A stretch of DNA of 64,000 nucleotides from positions 315,828,001 to 315,892,000 of the forward strand of contig OZ024741.1 of assembly GCA_964016885.1 (NCBI GenBank), written 5' to 3'. Origin of the DNA: Eledone cirrhosa (Eukaryota). Shown here piece by piece: positions 60,508 through 64,000 of this stretch. The stretch's first letter is position 1; each line of letters starts with the position of its first letter. The position numbers were made by a program, and so were the translations under genes. Under the pieces are notes generated by a model, which saw only the letters and a list, made by a program, of their open reading frames with translations, did not search any database and was not told the origin of the DNA.

Positions 60508-61524
60508 CTAGCAGTAAAGCCCGGCGTTGCTCGGGGTCGCTCAGTAGCTGTGTTGAAGTTACAATGTTAAGTTTCTTTCTTGGCTTAAAAACTGTAGTGT
60601 CTACTGTGCAGACTTGCATGTGGTGTTTTTGATTAATATTCCCTCAACCAACAATATGCCTTATGAAGTTAAGAAAACATAACGATAACCCGAATGTTAT
60701 AACAAAAGAGGATGCTGGGGATAGAAACTGCACTGGTTATTTATTAACAAAGATCGAAAATGTAAACACTGCAACGCAGAGAAAAACATTAGCGTAACCA
60801 AATTATCAGTTATGTCTGTCTGCACGCCTATATCACCTCTCTGCACGACTGTCTGTCTGCACGCCTATATCACCTCTCTGCACGACTGTCTGTCTGCACG
60901 CCTATATCACCTCTCTGCACGACTGTCTGTCTGCACGCCTATATCACCTCTCTGCACGACTGTCTGTCTGCACGCGTATATCACCTCTCTGCACGACTGT
61001 CTGTCTGCACGACTGTCTGTCTGCACGACTGTCTGTCTGCACGACTGTCTGTCTGCACGCCTAACGACGAAATATTTGCTTGTTTTACGTAGTCTTTAAA
61101 TAGACTTGTTTTCAAGTAAAAATATTGTTTTAAAATGCTTTTAAATGGAAATGAAGCAAAACGGAAGCTTAGTGTTCGAACTGATGAATTTTGCAGGTCA
61201 ATATTTTGCTGGCTCGACAACTGTTCGTGTATTGTGTTAATGTCATTTTAAACGCTGAGAAAGCCAGCGTAATTTTTTACGTAAGACGCTCAATGTAAAC
61301 AGAACAAAGGGAAATAACTGATAACTTACGCTCAAAAATCGATACATTATATTCGATTTCGTCACATAGGGCGGGTCAATTTGAAATATATTTTTTCCGA
61401 TGTCTTCGCTAGGCCTCAATGTACAAGTATAGCAATTTCGGTGCAATTCCTTGAGAGATTCTAAGAGGAGATGTGTGCCAAAAATCGATAGACAGACAGA
61501 CAACCACAGTTTTATATATATAGA
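60508..61524 (-). mobile_element. Non-autonomous Helitron
   Basis: Minus strand A|TCtatatatataaaac 5' end; 3' hairpin cccgagcaacgccggg then CTAG|T. Confidence 0.8.
60814..61060. repeat. 37-bp minisatellite (5 copies) decaying into 16-bp subunits, inside the Helitron
   Basis: gtctgtctgcacgcctatatcacctctctgcacgact at 60814, 60851, 60888, 60925, 60962. Confidence 0.9.
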
Positions 61525-61689
61525 TTAACGGTGCTGCGACCGAATGTGGCTTTTTAGCCCAGCAATGATTTAAAATGTCTTGCACATCATTGGCAACCAT
61601 GATAAAAACATTCACTGGAGATAGCCGGGTGTGATTGATCTTCATGTACTTGTGCATGTCGTTTGAGACAGATATGATGAGTAGCATCT

Positions 61690-62520
61690 CCGACAGCAGA
61701 CTAGTAGTCAACCACTGGTCTCACTTTATGACTACTAAGATGACTTTCTAGTCCAGCTTTGCTGGGGCAGTGCCTTGCACAGATACTGTATGTTAACGCC
61801 ATAGTAGGACATTTGCTGTCTGGAAATCTAACAGCAATACCTTTCCTCACATCCCGCTTTATTTTCCGGTATGCGATTCGAGATGTTTCAAAAGCAACTT
61901 TTTCCTCATATACAGTGTTTCTCCATTTATTACGATCAGCAGCTACACTTTCCCATGTATCAGCAGATACGTTAGCGTCTTTCAAGGGAGCTTTCAACGA
62001 ATCCTTATACCTCATTTTTGGTTTACGTGGAGGTCGTTTTCCTTTAACTACTCTCCATAAAAGAGTTGTTTTGGTATCCTAGAATCTTCTAACCTGGCAA
62101 GGTGACCACTCCATCGGAGTTTTTGCTTAAGCACAAGAGCTTCTATGCTTTCACACAGAGAGCTTTCCAAAATCTCGACATCACTTATGTGGTGCCTCAA
62201 GTGAACGCCATCAATCCGTCTCAGACACATGTGATGGAAACTATCCAACTGTTTAAGGTGGTGCCGATATGTGACCCAGGTCTCGCAGGCGAGAAGAGAA
62301 GAGTGCACACATGCCTTGTACACCTTTACCTTTGTCTTCTTGCATATGTCTCGCCGACCCCAGAGGCCCCTTTTTAGCTTTCCGAAAGCATCACTTGCTT
62401 TCCTAATCCTGTGTGGAATTCATTATCAAGGTTGCTGTATCGATTGAGAGTGCTTCCCAGGTAGACAAACTGATCAACCACTCCAAGTCGTTTATCATAC
62501 ACATAGATATTTGGTTCATT
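61690..62520 (-). pseudogene. RTE (BovB-like) LINE 3' fragment
   Basis: ACETWVTYRHHLKQLDSFHHMCLRRI, LRWSGHLARLEDSRIPKQLFYGE, RYKDSLK, CPSKAGLESH. Confidence 0.85.
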
Positions 62521-62599
62521 GTACTGTTTACCAGGGGCAAGTTGGTACATATATATATACTATTTTACTCTTTTACCTGTTCCAGCCATCCGACTGAGG

Positions 62600-63525
62600 C
62601 CATGCTGGGGCACGGCCCTTGTTGCTATACGTTCTATCTCCAGCCTGTGTTGACTGGCCATTGGTGTAAGAGGGAATTCGTCGCTGCTGTCCGTAGGTTC
62701 CCTTCGTGCTGTGGGCTCACCCAGGATCCTGGATAGCAGAGTGTCAAGATGTTTCTTGAAAACATCCACGTTCACACCAGGCAGCTCTCTCAAATTTGTT
62801 GGCAACTTGTTGAAGAGTTGAGGGCCTTTGAACCACAGGCTATTGCAATATCTGCTCCTTATTCTAGATGTGAAAGGCGGGGCATTTGGCACCACACAAT
62901 GACGTCCTGTTTTGGGGTTGGTCCAGCTCTCAATGCCAAAGTTTGGTGCTAGTCCCTCCATGATTTTTCATATGTATAACACAGTGTATCTCTCGCGTCT
63001 TTGTTCCAAGGAGTAGAGTTTCAGTTCTTTTATTCTATCCCAGTAGCTCATCTCCTTCATCGTGGCAATCCTCTTGGTGTAGCTTCGTTGGATTGCCTCA
63101 AGCTCCGTGGTTAGTTTGACACTATGGGGGTTCACAGTTCGGAGGAATAGTCCAGTCGGCTTAGGACAAATGTCCTCTATAGTATCAACATGACTTCTCG
63201 GTCTCTTATCCGGAAAGTCTTCAAGATCCAGCCAGCGAGTCGTCTGTACATTTTCGCCACCCACATGATATGTGAAGAAAAAGATACATCGTCGCTCATG
63301 TCTATCCCCAAGTCTCGTATCGATTTCGACACGGGAATTTCGTACTGTCTTTGTGTTAGCAGGTTGATATTGTCGGGTTTAAAATTTTCTAGCATTAAAC
63401 TGCATGTTGTTCTCCTCAGACCATTTGTATATCGCATCCAGATCTTGTTGTGAAAGGGCAGCATCAACCGGGTCTAAGATTGCCTGTGCTACCTTTGTGT
63501 CATCAGCATAACTAGTGAAGGATGT
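62600..63525 (-). pseudogene. CR1-clade LINE RT / 3' fragment
   Basis: SYADDTKV, WSEENNMQFNARKF, RDLGI, LEAIQRSYTKRI, LYSLEQRRERY, GPQLFNKLP. Confidence 0.85.
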
Positions 63526-63527
63526 TG

Positions 63528-63577
<50 letters not shown>

Positions 63578-63671
63578 AATATATATATATATATATATAC
63601 ATTATGAAGAGAGAAGAAACATTTAGATATAATTAGTAATAAAATGTATCATACCTAAACTGCTCCTAGAT

Positions 63672-63761
63672 TCCTCGACTACGTAGTTTCGTGGCATAAA
63701 CAAAACCAATACATCATAAAGATATAGAGTCCTTGCGAGGTCTGCCGGCTTATCAAGAGGA
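63672..63761 (-). ncRNA. Type I HHR, U3-A8 core variant, long helix II loop
   Basis: tcctc-TTGATAA-gccggca[about 45 nt]tgccac-GAAA-ctacgtag-TC-gagga. Confidence 0.7.
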
Positions 63762-63853
63762 TACCTCATTTTACTAGTCTCAAGAACGCGTCTACACGAC
63801 GTGAGAAAGAATCCCAAAAGGCGGAGGGGGAGATAGACACGCGATATAACGGT

Positions 63854-64000
63854 CGAGAAACAGAGCTAAGCCTCTTATAACCCCGAAGAAAATACCACGG
63901 AGGCGGAGGGGGTATTTATATCGAAGCCGTAGAAGAGGTGGTGAAGGAGGCGAGAAGTATGAGTAATGGAATCTTTCCAGAGGCTTAGCTCTGTTTCTCG
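63854..64000. repeat. Inverted repeat truncated by the window end
   Basis: cgagaaacagagctaagcctct versus agaggcttagctctgtttctcg. Confidence 0.75.

Noticed and set aside
61181-61187. CTGATGA inside the Helitron
   Set aside because: No supporting helices

Overview
Repeat-dense animal genomic DNA, probably from a cephalopod such as Octopus; this is inferred from the SINE and microsatellite style and not verified. No host gene is confidently visible. Decayed transposons: a CRE-like RLE retroposon, a near full-length L1/Tx1 LINE, a Vingi/Ingi-like LINE, a decayed RepHel Helitron plus two non-autonomous Helitrons, RTE and CR1 fragments, a Chapaev-type transposase, tRNA-derived SINEs, and a 5'-truncated Penelope-like (PLE) GIY-YIG element. 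Several kb-long imperfect (TA)n arrays account for all the giant IY-repeat ORFs. The main signal, invisible in the ORF track, is a cluster of type I hammerhead ribozyme (HHR) motifs in short modules in or beside (TA)n tracts. I read about 27 full-length motifs (one with a mutated core) from at least 8 distinct sequence types, plus half-sites. They include a 16-copy 310-bp retrozyme-like array with an internal inversion, 552-bp and 466-bp tandem units, and PLE pseudo-LTRs. All have palindromic helix III, several have long helix II insertions, and two carry the compensatory U3-A8 core. All folds were paired by eye and none has been tested for cleavage.
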